A stretch of DNA of 61,521 nucleotides, the filler included, from Candidatus Babelota bacterium (GTDB lineage Bacteria; JAGOBX01), in assembly GCA_017999075.1 (NCBI GenBank). It is 14 parts of 14 records of this genome, joined end to end, with 100 filler letters (N's around TTAATTAATTAA, not from the genome) between each part and the next. Parts side by side here need not be neighbours in the genome. Positions count along the whole stretch, not along the records: positions 40,732 to 44,120 come from JAGOBX010000456.1; positions 44,221 to 47,608 come from JAGOBX010000457.1; positions 47,709 to 51,095 come from JAGOBX010000459.1; positions 51,196 to 54,582 come from JAGOBX010000458.1; 10 more parts are not named here. The stretch is one strand, 5' to 3'. Below the pieces are notes generated by a model. It ran no database searches and was not told the DNA's origin. It saw only the letters and a program-made list of their open reading frames with translations. The first letter of the stretch is position 1. Every line of letters begins with the position of its first letter. Below, piece after piece: positions 42,489-51,484 of this stretch. Position numbers and translations under genes: made by a program.

Positions 42489-44120
42489 ATGAATTTTGAA
42501 CAAAATTTGTTTTCAATGAAAACGGGATTTTCCGATCTTCCGGATTATTTAATTCACTCCAAAAAGATTTCAGGAACAATAGAAAAAATCATTTTTTTCA
42601 ACCAGGAAAATAATTTCGTAATAGCAAAATTACAAATAAGCTCGAGTAATATAAGTGTTTCTGTCAAAGGTAAAATAATTCAGCCTTCCGAAGGCATGCA
42701 GGTAGAACTTGACGGATACTGGGATACTGATAAAATACACGGAGTCCAATTTAATTTTGTGAGTTGTGAAATTATAGAACCCACCACTCGAGAAAGTATA
42801 ATCAGATTTTTAGGTTCAGGACTGATTAAGAATATAGGGATAAAAACAGCTGAAAAAATAGTTGCAAATTTTGGCACAGAAACATTGCAGATCATTGAAA
42901 ATTTTCCCGAACGATTGATTGAAGTTGCGGGTATAGGAAATTCAAAATGCAAATTGATAACAGAAGGATATAAGAACCATCTTGATATAAAAAAAATAAT
43001 GATGTTTTTATCTGAACATAATATTTCTGTAAAATTCAGCTATAAGTTGTACTCTATTTATGGAGTAGAAACTATAACCGTTTTAAAAAATAATCCGTAT
43101 ATACTGATTCGCGATGTTAAAGGGATCGGATTTAAAAAAGCCGATGAAATAGCAAAAAAACTCGGCATACCTTCAGATAATAATTTAAGAATTGTAAATG
43201 GATTGTATTTTATTTTATCAGAAGCTGCTGGTTCAGGACATTCATATATTCCTTTTGATGAGTTTAAAATCAAATCTTCGGAACTTCTCAATGTGGATGG
43301 AGAAAAGATCAATTGTGTTTTAGCAAATACATTGCTTATGAATGATGCAAACATAATTATTGATGAGGACAGGGTATATTTGAAATGGAATTATTTTTGT
43401 GAATACGGAATAGCTGAACATCTGAGCAGACTTATTAATACATCTGATTCATTAAACGGAATATCGTATGAAGAAATAGAAAAATTGGCAGAAGAGTTGA
43501 GTGCTCAGAACAAAATCAGACTATCGGTTAATCAGCTGAATAATATTAAAACTGCAGTTAAAGAAAAAATATTTGTTTTAACCGGAGGTCCTGGAACAGG
43601 AAAAACTACAATAACTTATTTTATAGTTAAAATTTTTCAAAAGTTAAATATGCATACTGTTTTATGTTCTCCAACAGGCAGGGCCGCTAAAAGACTTTCG
43701 GAATTAACTCTGGAATGTGCAACTACGATCCATCGTTTGCTTGAGTATTCGCCTCAGTCAGGTTTTCAAAAAAATGAGAACAATAAACTATCGGCTGATG
43801 TTGTAATAATAGATGAATTCAGTATGACTGATTTGACATTGTTTTATAATTTACTTAAAGCCATTAAATATAATACAAAACTGATTTTAATAGGAGATTT
43901 TAATCAATTGCCGAGCGTCAATGCTGGAAATTTGCTGAGCGATATAATTTCTTCCGGAAAAATAAAAATAGGAGAATTGACAGAAATTTTTCGGCAGGAC
44001 GAAAAATCTCTGATTATTTTTAATGCTCATAATATTATAAATAATAGGAATTTACTTATAAGTAATTCACAAGATTCGGATTTTTTTCTAATTTCAAATG
44101 AAGATAAAAAAAATACGTTG
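42489..44120 (+). CDS. recD2: RecD2-family helicase (3' truncated)
   Basis: N-terminal OB/HhH region (NPY.L...GIGFKKAD), TGGPGTGKT, PTGRAAKRL, IIDE.SM, IGD..QLPSV. Confidence 0.93.
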
Positions 44121-44231
44121 NNNNNNNNNNNNNNNNNNNNNNNNNNNNNNNNNNNNNNNNNNNNTTAATTAATTAANNNNNNNNNNNNNNNNNNNNNNNN
44201 NNNNNNNNNNNNNNNNNNNNTTTAATATTAT

Positions 44232-44654
44232 TCAATTGTTTATCCTAACAGCAAAATAATACGCTTTGGCAAAGATTTCTGCTAAAAATTCATTAATAAA
44301 AGACGAACATACTAATCCGACAGTATCTTTGCCTGCTGTAACAAAATCAGGAACTTTTTTTTTTTTTTTAGCAATAACACCTATAAAATCAGGCCAGATA
44401 TTATATATTATTTTTTTTGCTTTTACTGGAATATATGCAAACGATTCAACTGTTTTAAAACTTACAATCAATGATAACGGCTTATTATTATCTCTGATTT
44501 TCAATTCGTAAATTTTTTCAACAGCATTTTTATCATACGCAGAACAAGCTAATCCGTATACTCCGCCAGATGGCCATAAAATTAATCCTCCTGATAATAT
44601 TATCTCATTTAATATTCCAATATATTCAATGCCTACTTTATTAATTATTATCAT
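44232..44654 (-). CDS. Sua5/YrdC (TsaC)-like protein, short and degenerate
   Basis: VYGLAC..AVEKIYELKIR..NKPLSLI; WPSGG replaces the usual PT(E/D)T; ends near the contig edge. Confidence 0.65.
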   Translation of the reverse strand: MIIINKVGIEYIGILNEIILSGGLILWPSGGVYGLACSAYDKNAVEKIYELKIRDNNKPLSLIVSFKTVESFAYIPVKAKKIIYNIWPDFIGVIAKKKKKVPDFVTAGKDTVGLVCSSFINEFLAEIFAKAYYFAVRINN

Positions 44655-45048
44655 CTATTATTACCCCGGCTTTTTCAAACTCTTGTTTATAAAAATCTTT
44701 TATCGCAAGATGCAATGCTGAAGCTGCATAATTCGAACAATGAATTTTATCTTCAGGCAGACCGCCGGCTTCTTCAACTGCAGTTACATCAGTTATCTGA
44801 AGAGCCTCGCCCAAAGTTTTATTTTTTGAAATTTCAGAAACTATTGAACACAAACCTATGGCTGCCCCGCATCCGAAAACTTTATATTTAACATCTGCAA
44901 TTCGATTATTTTCAACTTTAATGTAAAACTCAAAATAATCTCCGCATTCTTTACTTCCTATTTTCCCGATTCCGTCTGCGTTTTCAATAATGCCGACATT
45001 CCTTGGTTTTAAAAAATGATCTACAAGTTTTTCACTGTAATTATGCAT
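44641..45048 (-). CDS. IscU/NifU-type Fe-S scaffold
   Basis: YSEKLVDHF..PRN, CGD, FGCGAA, KIHCS. Confidence 0.92.
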   Translation of the reverse strand: MHNYSEKLVDHFLKPRNVGIIENADGIGKIGSKECGDYFEFYIKVENNRIADVKYKVFGCGAAIGLCSIVSEISKNKTLGEALQITDVTAVEEAGGLPEDKIHCSNYAASALHLAIKDFYKQEFEKAGVIIDDNN

Positions 45049-45160
45049 TTATTTGAGTTTACAGATGGTTTGATTTTAGAATTATACTATTATCATGCAA
45101 CATAATAAAATTGACATTTATCTGAAGTCAAGCTATTTTCGCCGCATAAAACTATTTGTC

Positions 45161-45194
45161 CCCGGTAAATTTTATAAACGAAAAATTTACCGGG
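45161..45194 (-). terminator. Hairpin downstream of trpB2
   Basis: CCCGGTAAATTTT..AAAATTTACCGGG 13-bp stem. Confidence 0.55.
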
Positions 45195-45239
45195 AGTAAT
45201 ATAATTTACAAAATAAACGCTCGTTAAATAATATAACTT

Positions 45240-46604
45240 TTATAAAACAACTTCCGGCAATTCTGTAAGAGATTTATCGATTTTAGATTGTTCAAGTTCG
45301 TAATTTACCAATTGATTGTTTAAATATTTTTCATAAGACGCCATATCAAAATGTCCATGGCCGCTTAAATTAAACAGTATAATTTTTTCTTCTTTCCTAT
45401 TTCTGCAGTCTATTGCTTTATCTATCGCGCATCTGATAGCATGAGATGATTCAGGAGCAGGTATAATTCCTTCTGTTTTAGAAAACAATGCAGCAGCTTC
45501 AAACACAGGAACTTGATGATACGCAACAGCATCAATCAATTTCAATTCTTTAGCGTAACTTACAAGAGGCGACATCCCATGATAGCGGAGTCCTCCTGCA
45601 TGTATCGCCGCAGGAATAAATGAATGCCCTAGAGTATGCATTTTTAAAGCAGGTGTCATCTTAGCAGTATCTCCATAATCATACGCGTATTTTCCTCTCG
45701 TAATAGTCGGGCATGAAAAAGGTTCAACAGCTATTATCTCAGGATTTTTCGTTTTATTAATTTTATCCTGCACAAATGGAAATGCAATACCTCCAAAATT
45801 ACTGCCGCCTCCTACGCAGCCTATAATTATATCAGGATAAGCATTCAATGCTTCAAACTGTTTTTTACATTCAAGTCCAACTATAGTTTGATGAAGAATA
45901 ACATGATTTAATACACTTCCTAATGCATAATTCGTATTTTTGTTAGTTACTGCCATTTCAATTGCTTCGCTTATTGCTATGCCAAGACTGCCTGGAGTAT
46001 CTGGCATCTGTTCAATAATTTTTTTCCCGAATTCGGTAACATTGCTTGGACTTGGATAAATTGTTCCTCCCCATGTTTGGATCATTGTTTTTCTGAACGG
46101 CTTTTGATCATAACTGATTCTTACCATGAATATTGTAATTTTCATGTCAAAAAAAGTTCCGGCTAATGCTAAAGCGCTCCCCCATTGACCTGCGCCGGTT
46201 TCAGTTGAAAGATTATCAACTCCTGAAATTTTATTGTAATACGCCTGGGGAATAGAAGTGTTGGGTTTATGGCTTCCAGCAGGACTCACACCTTCATATT
46301 TATAAAATATTTTAGCAGGAGTGTTTAAAGCCTTTTCAAGACGTTTTGCCCTTATTAAAGGAGCAGGTCTCCACAATTTATATATTTCATAAACTTCGTC
46401 AGGAATTTCGATCCAGCGCTCTCTTGTTACTTCTTGTTCAACAAGATTTTTGGGGAAAATAGCAAGAAGCTCGTCCGGAGTTGCAGGTCTTTTTTCTCTT
46501 GGATTATAAGGCGGCGGCAAAACTCCTGGAAAATCAGCCTGAATATTATACCATTTTTTAGGAAGTTCAGATTCAGGTAAAATATATTTAATGCTTCCTT
46601 CCAT
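45240..46604 (-). CDS. trpB2: TrpB2 (TrpB-like PLP-dependent enzyme)
   Basis: PKKWYNI, SPAGSHKPNT, TETGAGQWG, GSLGIAISEA, HAGGLRYHG, NLSGHG. Confidence 0.94.
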   Translation of the reverse strand: MEGSIKYILPESELPKKWYNIQADFPGVLPPPYNPREKRPATPDELLAIFPKNLVEQEVTRERWIEIPDEVYEIYKLWRPAPLIRAKRLEKALNTPAKIFYKYEGVSPAGSHKPNTSIPQAYYNKISGVDNLSTETGAGQWGSALALAGTFFDMKITIFMVRISYDQKPFRKTMIQTWGGTIYPSPSNVTEFGKKIIEQMPDTPGSLGIAISEAIEMAVTNKNTNYALGSVLNHVILHQTIVGLECKKQFEALNAYPDIIIGCVGGGSNFGGIAFPFVQDKINKTKNPEIIAVEPFSCPTITRGKYAYDYGDTAKMTPALKMHTLGHSFIPAAIHAGGLRYHGMSPLVSYAKELKLIDAVAYHQVPVFEAAALFSKTEGIIPAPESSHAIRCAIDKAIDCRNRKEEKIILFNLSGHGHFDMASYEKYLNNQLVNYELEQSKIDKSLTELPEVVL

Positions 46605-46649
46605 AAACACACACACTCCAAATTAGTTTTTAAAAATTGTTTCTGAATT

Positions 46650-47608
46650 CTAATTATTCAGTAAAAGTATTTCTACCCTGCGGTTCAATTTTCTTCCTTC
46701 GGATGTCGAATTATCTGCTACAGGTTTGGTGTCAGCCCATCCTATTACATTCAATCTTTTTTCAGATATTTTTCCTTTGGAAATAAAATAATCTATTACT
46801 GCAACTGCGCGGGCAGTAGACAACTCCCAGTTTGAAGAATACTTTGAATTTGACTTAAACGGAATATTATCTGTATGTCCTTCAACCTGAACTCTTCTAT
46901 CAGGATAATTATTTAATATTTCTATAACTTTATTCAGAGCTTCTTTTGAAGCATCTTTCAGCTCGGCCTGTCCTGCGCTAAATAAAACTTTATCTGAAAA
47001 AGTAATTTGAAGCTCTCCCTTATCAGTTTCTTTTACATTAACCTGTTTTTGTTCAACAAGTTTTGACAATTCATTTTTTATATTTTTATTGTCTTCCGCA
47101 AGTTTTTCAAGTTCTTCTTTACTTTTTGTCTGGAGTTTTTCAAGTTCTTCTTTAGATTTTGATTTAATCTGTTCAAGTTCAGTTTTCAAATTTTTATTAA
47201 TTTCTGATAAATTGCTTATTTCAAGTTCCTTTTGTTTCAAATTTGCCGTAATTTCTTCATTCTGAACTGGAACAGCAGCCGGCGCTTCTTTACCCGCAGC
47301 ATTAACCATACTTTTTACAGTAGCATTTAATTCCTCTACTTGTTTATTTAAATTATTATTTGCCGCCTGCAATTCTTCAACCTGTTTTTTATATTGATTT
47401 GCTGTATCATTCAGTTTTTGTAGTTCAGAATTATTTTTAGATTCAGCATCTGTTTTAGAAAGGGATTTCGCCTCACTTTTTTGGTCAATACTTGACTTTA
47501 CTGAATTTAATTCATCTGTAAGTTTTTGAATTTGATTTTTAAGGTCATTATTGGATTTACTTAAATTTTCTATCTGCTTTTTATACTCTTCTTCATTTTT
47601 CCTGGTTT
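46650..47608 (-). CDS. MotB/OmpA-like peptidoglycan-binding protein with long coiled coil (5' truncated)
   Basis: VEGHTDN, NWELSTARA, NRRVEI; frame open to the contig edge. Confidence 0.88.
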
Positions 47609-47708
47609 NNNNNNNNNNNNNNNNNNNNNNNNNNNNNNNNNNNNNNNNNNNNTTAATTAATTAANNNNNNNNNNNNNNNNNNNNNNNNNNNNNNNNNNNN
47701 NNNNNNNN

Positions 47709-47861
47709 TCCTTAAGAAACAGCTGAAAGGCTGATTTCCGCATAATAGGGTTTCGCTATACCGTTATTATAAATCCGCCGCGAAGATCCGCGTGAGGTTC
47801 CTTAAGGCAGTTATCGTAAAAGATAACAGGCCCGCATAACAGGGTTGCCGGATTTTCGCGG
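47709..47861 (+). ncRNA. Candidate IS110 bridge RNA (two internal-loop modules; 5' part truncated)
   Basis: TCCTTAAG-hairpin-CCGCATAA(T/C)AGGGTT occurs twice, 90 nt apart. The second copy is closed by a 13-bp stem CCGCGAAGATCCG/CGGATTTTCGCGG whose G-U pair favours the + strand. Confidence 0.65.
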
Positions 47862-48069
47862 TTTTCAATTATTAAGTATTGTTTCGGATTTTAAAATTCA
47901 TTGTTTCTTTTTGGCCGACCAAAAAGAAACAAAAAGTCGCTTACTTTTTTATTGAAAAAAGTAAGATAAAAACAAGGGGTTGTTTGCTTTATGAAAACCA
48001 TTTTTTATAAAAATTGGTTTTCATGCTTTCCAAAAAAATTTTTTAATATTTTTTACAGGAGGCATTGAA

Positions 48070-49431
48070 ATGATAAATGAAACATTAAAAAAAACCGAGG
48101 CGGAAAAATTTGTTATCGGAATTGATCCAGGCGATACTGAACATAAGGCTGTACTTGTATCGCCTGCTCGCATTTCATTATGCAAACCTTTCTCAATAAA
48201 GGTAAATGCGGAAGGATTTGAAACATTTTCAAAATGGCTTGATCAGATGAGGAAGGAACATAAAATAAATCAGGATGACCTGATATTAGCAATAGAATCA
48301 TCCTGCAATTTATGGCAGACTTTTGAATTTTATTTCAAAGAAAAAGGATATAAAATTGTTAAAGTCAGTCCTCTGACGACCTATCTTTCAAGAGGATTAA
48401 AAAACAGCAATTTATCAAAATCAGACAACAAGGATTGCCTTCTCGTGGCAGAATCAGTATTGAATGGTAAATTCACGGAATGTTACGAAATCGGCAAAAT
48501 TTATGAAAGACTAATAACGTTGAATATAGCGTTAAATAAATTACAGGATACCTGCGTGCAGGCAAAACTGCGTGTTCGTGGAATACTACATAAAATATTT
48601 CCGGAGTTTCTGAACATCCTTGACCTTAATACTGCCACCGCTGGTTTTTTATTGAAAAAATATATTTTTCCTGTTGATTACTTGAAAATAAAAGATTCTG
48701 AAATCACTGAACTGGGCGAGGTTTTAAAAAAATTATCTCAATCACAGCACAATTCTGAAACAATTCATAAACTTAAAAATGCCGCAAAAAAATCAATAGG
48801 CATCAGAAAAGAATATATTGAAGAAGCTGAACGTATATTGTTCAAAAGTTTTTTTGATGTTTATGAAAATTTAAGCCGCGAGGTTCTGATTGTCGGCGAA
48901 AAAATAATTCAAACTGCATATGAATGCAGGGAATTCCATATCCTTGTTTCAGTTAAAGGAATCTCGGAAATATCAGCAGCGCAGATAACAGCTGAAGTTG
49001 GAGGATTCTTAAGATATTCTCATTATAAACAGATTGAAAAACATGCGGGATTGAATCTGAGAATAAATCAGTCTTCTAAAACTGCAAACGCAAGGCACAT
49101 AAATAAAATCGGAAACAAGCGACTCTCAAAAGTTTTATATCAGACAGCGCGGCACGTAACAAATTATGTTCCGGAGGTAAGGATAAAATATGTTAACAGA
49201 AAACAGAAACATAAAGCTTACAAGAAAAATATTATAGCTTGTATTTCACCGCTTCTGCGCTTGCTGTTTTCGCTGGTTAAAAATGATAAACCTTATCAAC
49301 TCGATGAAAACGCTTACAAAGAGCTTTGTGCAATCGAAACAAAATACAATATTAAAAATAAAACCATAGATCATTATACTCCTAAAGAAAAAAGCAGATT
49401 CACAAAAAGGCATTTACTGAAAAAAATATAA
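48070..49431 (+). CDS. IS110-family recombinase/transposase
   Basis: RuvC-like DEDD (IGID, AIES, KSDNKD), IFPEF linker, C-terminal VKGIS..AAQITAEVG..AGLN..NQSS..INKIGNKRL; RBS AGGAGG. Confidence 0.93.
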   Translation: MINETLKKTEAEKFVIGIDPGDTEHKAVLVSPARISLCKPFSIKVNAEGFETFSKWLDQMRKEHKINQDDLILAIESSCNLWQTFEFYFKEKGYKIVKVSPLTTYLSRGLKNSNLSKSDNKDCLLVAESVLNGKFTECYEIGKIYERLITLNIALNKLQDTCVQAKLRVRGILHKIFPEFLNILDLNTATAGFLLKKYIFPVDYLKIKDSEITELGEVLKKLSQSQHNSETIHKLKNAAKKSIGIRKEYIEEAERILFKSFFDVYENLSREVLIVGEKIIQTAYECREFHILVSVKGISEISAAQITAEVGGFLRYSHYKQIEKHAGLNLRINQSSKTANARHINKIGNKRLSKVLYQTARHVTNYVPEVRIKYVNRKQKHKAYKKNIIACISPLLRLLFSLVKNDKPYQLDENAYKELCAIETKYNIKNKTIDHYTPKEKSRFTKRHLLKKI

Positions 49432-49920
49432 TTTTAAATTGGAGTTCTGGATTATGTGAAATTTTATATTTTAAATTTTTTACAAAATTCAGCGATTCGA
49501 TTGTTTTATTTCTTTGGCAGATAAAATAATCCACTTTACTGTTTGAAAATTTTGATTGCCTATTATTAACATGGCGCTGTAAGAGGCGGAAACGCGCTCC
49601 GTATAACCGCATAAAATAAAGTGTTACCTTTTTTACCGGGTCGGATAAAAAAATTCTTCAATTATTGGCTGATTAACTTCGAGCCGTACGCCGCTGCAAA
49701 TATAAGCGGCATTATAAATTAAAGTGAGGATGGATATACCGGTAGGAATAAACTAGGGGAACCACGCAGGCAAAAAAAATGACTAAAGCCGTACTGGTTA
49801 TCGCTGTATTCATAAGGGCATATCTATGCTTTCATAGATGATTTTTTTTATGGTTTGATTTTTTTTTACTTCTGTTTTTTTTAATACTGGAATTTTTTTC
49901 TTGACAAAACGGGGGGAGAT

Positions 49921-50013
49921 AGGAGCTATCCTCGTTTTGCCGAAGGCAAAATGACGCGAAGCGCCGAGCCCGTAGGGCTCGAGGGATAGCTCCAAGATAG
50001 TCGCTGTCAGAGG
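49921..50013 (-). other. attC-like folded site downstream of the nuclease gene (R' side replaced by the IS end)
   Basis: Stem GGAGCTATCC(C)TCG/CGAGGATAGCTCC with one extrahelical base; three sub-hairpins with GAA, GAA and GTA triloops on the + strand; R''-like GACTATC. Confidence 0.7.
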
Positions 50014-50948
50014 TAATCAGGAATCATCATTAATTTACCAAAACGTTCGTTTTCTTTTTCTGAATGATTCCTTAAAGTTAACTGAGAGATACATACGATA
50101 AATTCTTTAAGTTTGTCAAAAGCTTCGTCTGTATAAATATCCCCATGTACATGAATACCGTTCAATATTGCCATTATCCATTTAATATAGCATCGAGGTA
50201 TTAATAAATCTGAAATATCATTCCAGCCAGTTATATTGCCTCGCTCCTTATAAGCTAATCTTTCTAATGATTTATCGCATTCACCCTTACAAGCCCAATA
50301 AATACTGTGAATGGTTTTTTTGCCATCTTCGTTATTTCTACTTTGCTCCATAGCAATAATACCGGAATAATTTTTATCAAGCAATTCTTTTCCACAAACA
50401 TCACATAATAGAGGCGAATAATCAGAAAGTAAATCTGTTTTAGTATCTTTTGGAGCACATATTTGCTTATAGCTTTCTGGAAAAAATCTTTGAATGAGAT
50501 TGATGCCTTCTCCGCAATTAAGAAGTTCCCTTTCAATTCTTTCATTATCAAGTATGGCAATTTCTAAATTATTATTTTCTTGAATTCCTTTAAGGCGTCT
50601 TGATAATGGAGAGCTTATTACAGTAGAATAAAATCCAATAAAACCATTACACTTATGGGCGTTAATTCGATCAACAATATTCTGCTCATCTGCTTCGCTA
50701 ACAGAAGCTCCGCTGTGAATTCGATGTTTGCAGCTTATCAACCATCGCTTTTCGGAACTTGTCAACGTACCTTTTTGTTTTTCTACTGCAATAATATCTC
50801 GCCCACCATCCTGTCCTCTATCCGGTCCTTCTTTGACCTTGAAATGTAATATAATTTCAATAAACTCTCTACAAAATAATTCAAAACTATCTTGTTTTCC
50901 ATCAGCTTTATTAGCCATTGGAATTTCTTTGAAATTTAGTGCTCCCAT
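50007..50948 (-). CDS. Mrr-like PD-(D/E)XK endonuclease with C-terminal zinc-binding domain (cassette gene)
   Basis: FELFCREF..GQDGGRDII..WLISCKH; CDVC..WACKGEC; RBS GAGGAG and no room for a promoter. Confidence 0.78.
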   Translation of the reverse strand: MGALNFKEIPMANKADGKQDSFELFCREFIEIILHFKVKEGPDRGQDGGRDIIAVEKQKGTLTSSEKRWLISCKHRIHSGASVSEADEQNIVDRINAHKCNGFIGFYSTVISSPLSRRLKGIQENNNLEIAILDNERIERELLNCGEGINLIQRFFPESYKQICAPKDTKTDLLSDYSPLLCDVCGKELLDKNYSGIIAMEQSRNNEDGKKTIHSIYWACKGECDKSLERLAYKERGNITGWNDISDLLIPRCYIKWIMAILNGIHVHGDIYTDEAFDKLKEFIVCISQLTLRNHSEKENERFGKLMMIPDYL

Positions 50949-50970
50949 TTTTTCTCCTCTGATGGCGACT

Positions 50971-51055
50971 ATCGGACAGTGCTTTTACTCGGCGCGAAGC
51001 GCTGACCGCAAAGCGGCCGAGCCCGCAGGGCTCGAGGTAAAAGCAAAAGTTAGAT
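50971..51055 (-). other. attC-like site upstream of the nuclease gene
   Basis: Minus strand ATCTAAC-TTT-TGCTTTTAC(C)TCG..CGAGTAAAAGCA-CT-GTCCGAT. Three sub-hairpins (GAA, AAA, GCA loops on +). Shares GAGCCC-G(T/C)A-GGGCTC with the 49921 site. Confidence 0.75.
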
Positions 51056-51208
51056 GTCGTACTCTATCCTTTATTGCAATGCAACTGCTTTTTCCNNNNN
51101 NNNNNNNNNNNNNNNNNNNNNNNNNNNNNNNNNNNNNNNTTAATTAATTAANNNNNNNNNNNNNNNNNNNNNNNNNNNNNNNNNNNNNNNNNNNNCATTT
51201 ATACATAT

Positions 51209-51284
51209 GGGGCTGTGGCGCAGCTGGGAGCGCGCTTGAATGGCATTCAAGAGGCCGAGGGTTCGACTCCCTTCAGCTCCACCA
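51209..51284 (+). tRNA. tRNA-Ala(GGC)
   Basis: GGGGCTG/CAGCTCC acceptor with G3:U70, anticodon arm CTTGA-ATGGCAT-TCAAG, encoded CCA. Confidence 0.97.
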
Positions 51285-51484
51285 ATTTTTTATATTGGTT
51301 TACAGTCATTAAATTTACATTAGCAAATAGTTATATTCATTTTGTAAATAAAACGATTAAAAAGAATTGGGAATTTGAAAATTTTAAAACATTTATAAAT
51401 GCATTTTTTATTTTAAAAAACTAAGACCAGGTTATTTAAAATATATGAAAATTTATAAATATTTAGGAGAATATAATATAATAT

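Larger units (their letters stand above)
47709..49922 (+). mobile_element. IS110-family element (left end beyond the contig; right end inferred at about 49920-49922)
   Basis: IS110 recombinase with long non-coding regions on both sides; outward-facing TTGACA at 49901-49906 just before the junction with an attC-like hairpin. Confidence 0.7.

Noticed and set aside
47709-47861. Repeated TCCTTAAG..CCGCATAA units as a CRISPR array
   Set aside because: Only two or three split motifs enclosing hairpins, no repeat-spacer periodicity and no cas genes. A structured RNA explains them better.
49552-49566. TGATTGC-CT-ATTA as an alternative IS110 right junction
   Set aside because: It matches loop 1's right guide, but its left part fits loop 2's guide poorly. 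The 49921 junction has a -35 box and an interrupted attC. Disfavoured rather than excluded.
49810-49995. 61-aa ORF (and the 50728-51147 ORF) over the attC-like hairpins
   Set aside because: Shadow frames across palindromic non-coding DNA and a linker.
50956-51284. tRNA-Ala next to the cassette/IS110 region as an island integration site
   Set aside because: A contig spacer (51096-51195) separates them, so the adjacency is not biological.
51215-51424. ORFs overlapping tRNA or rRNA genes (also 52596-52814 and 58524-58772)
   Set aside because: They are translations of structural RNA genes.
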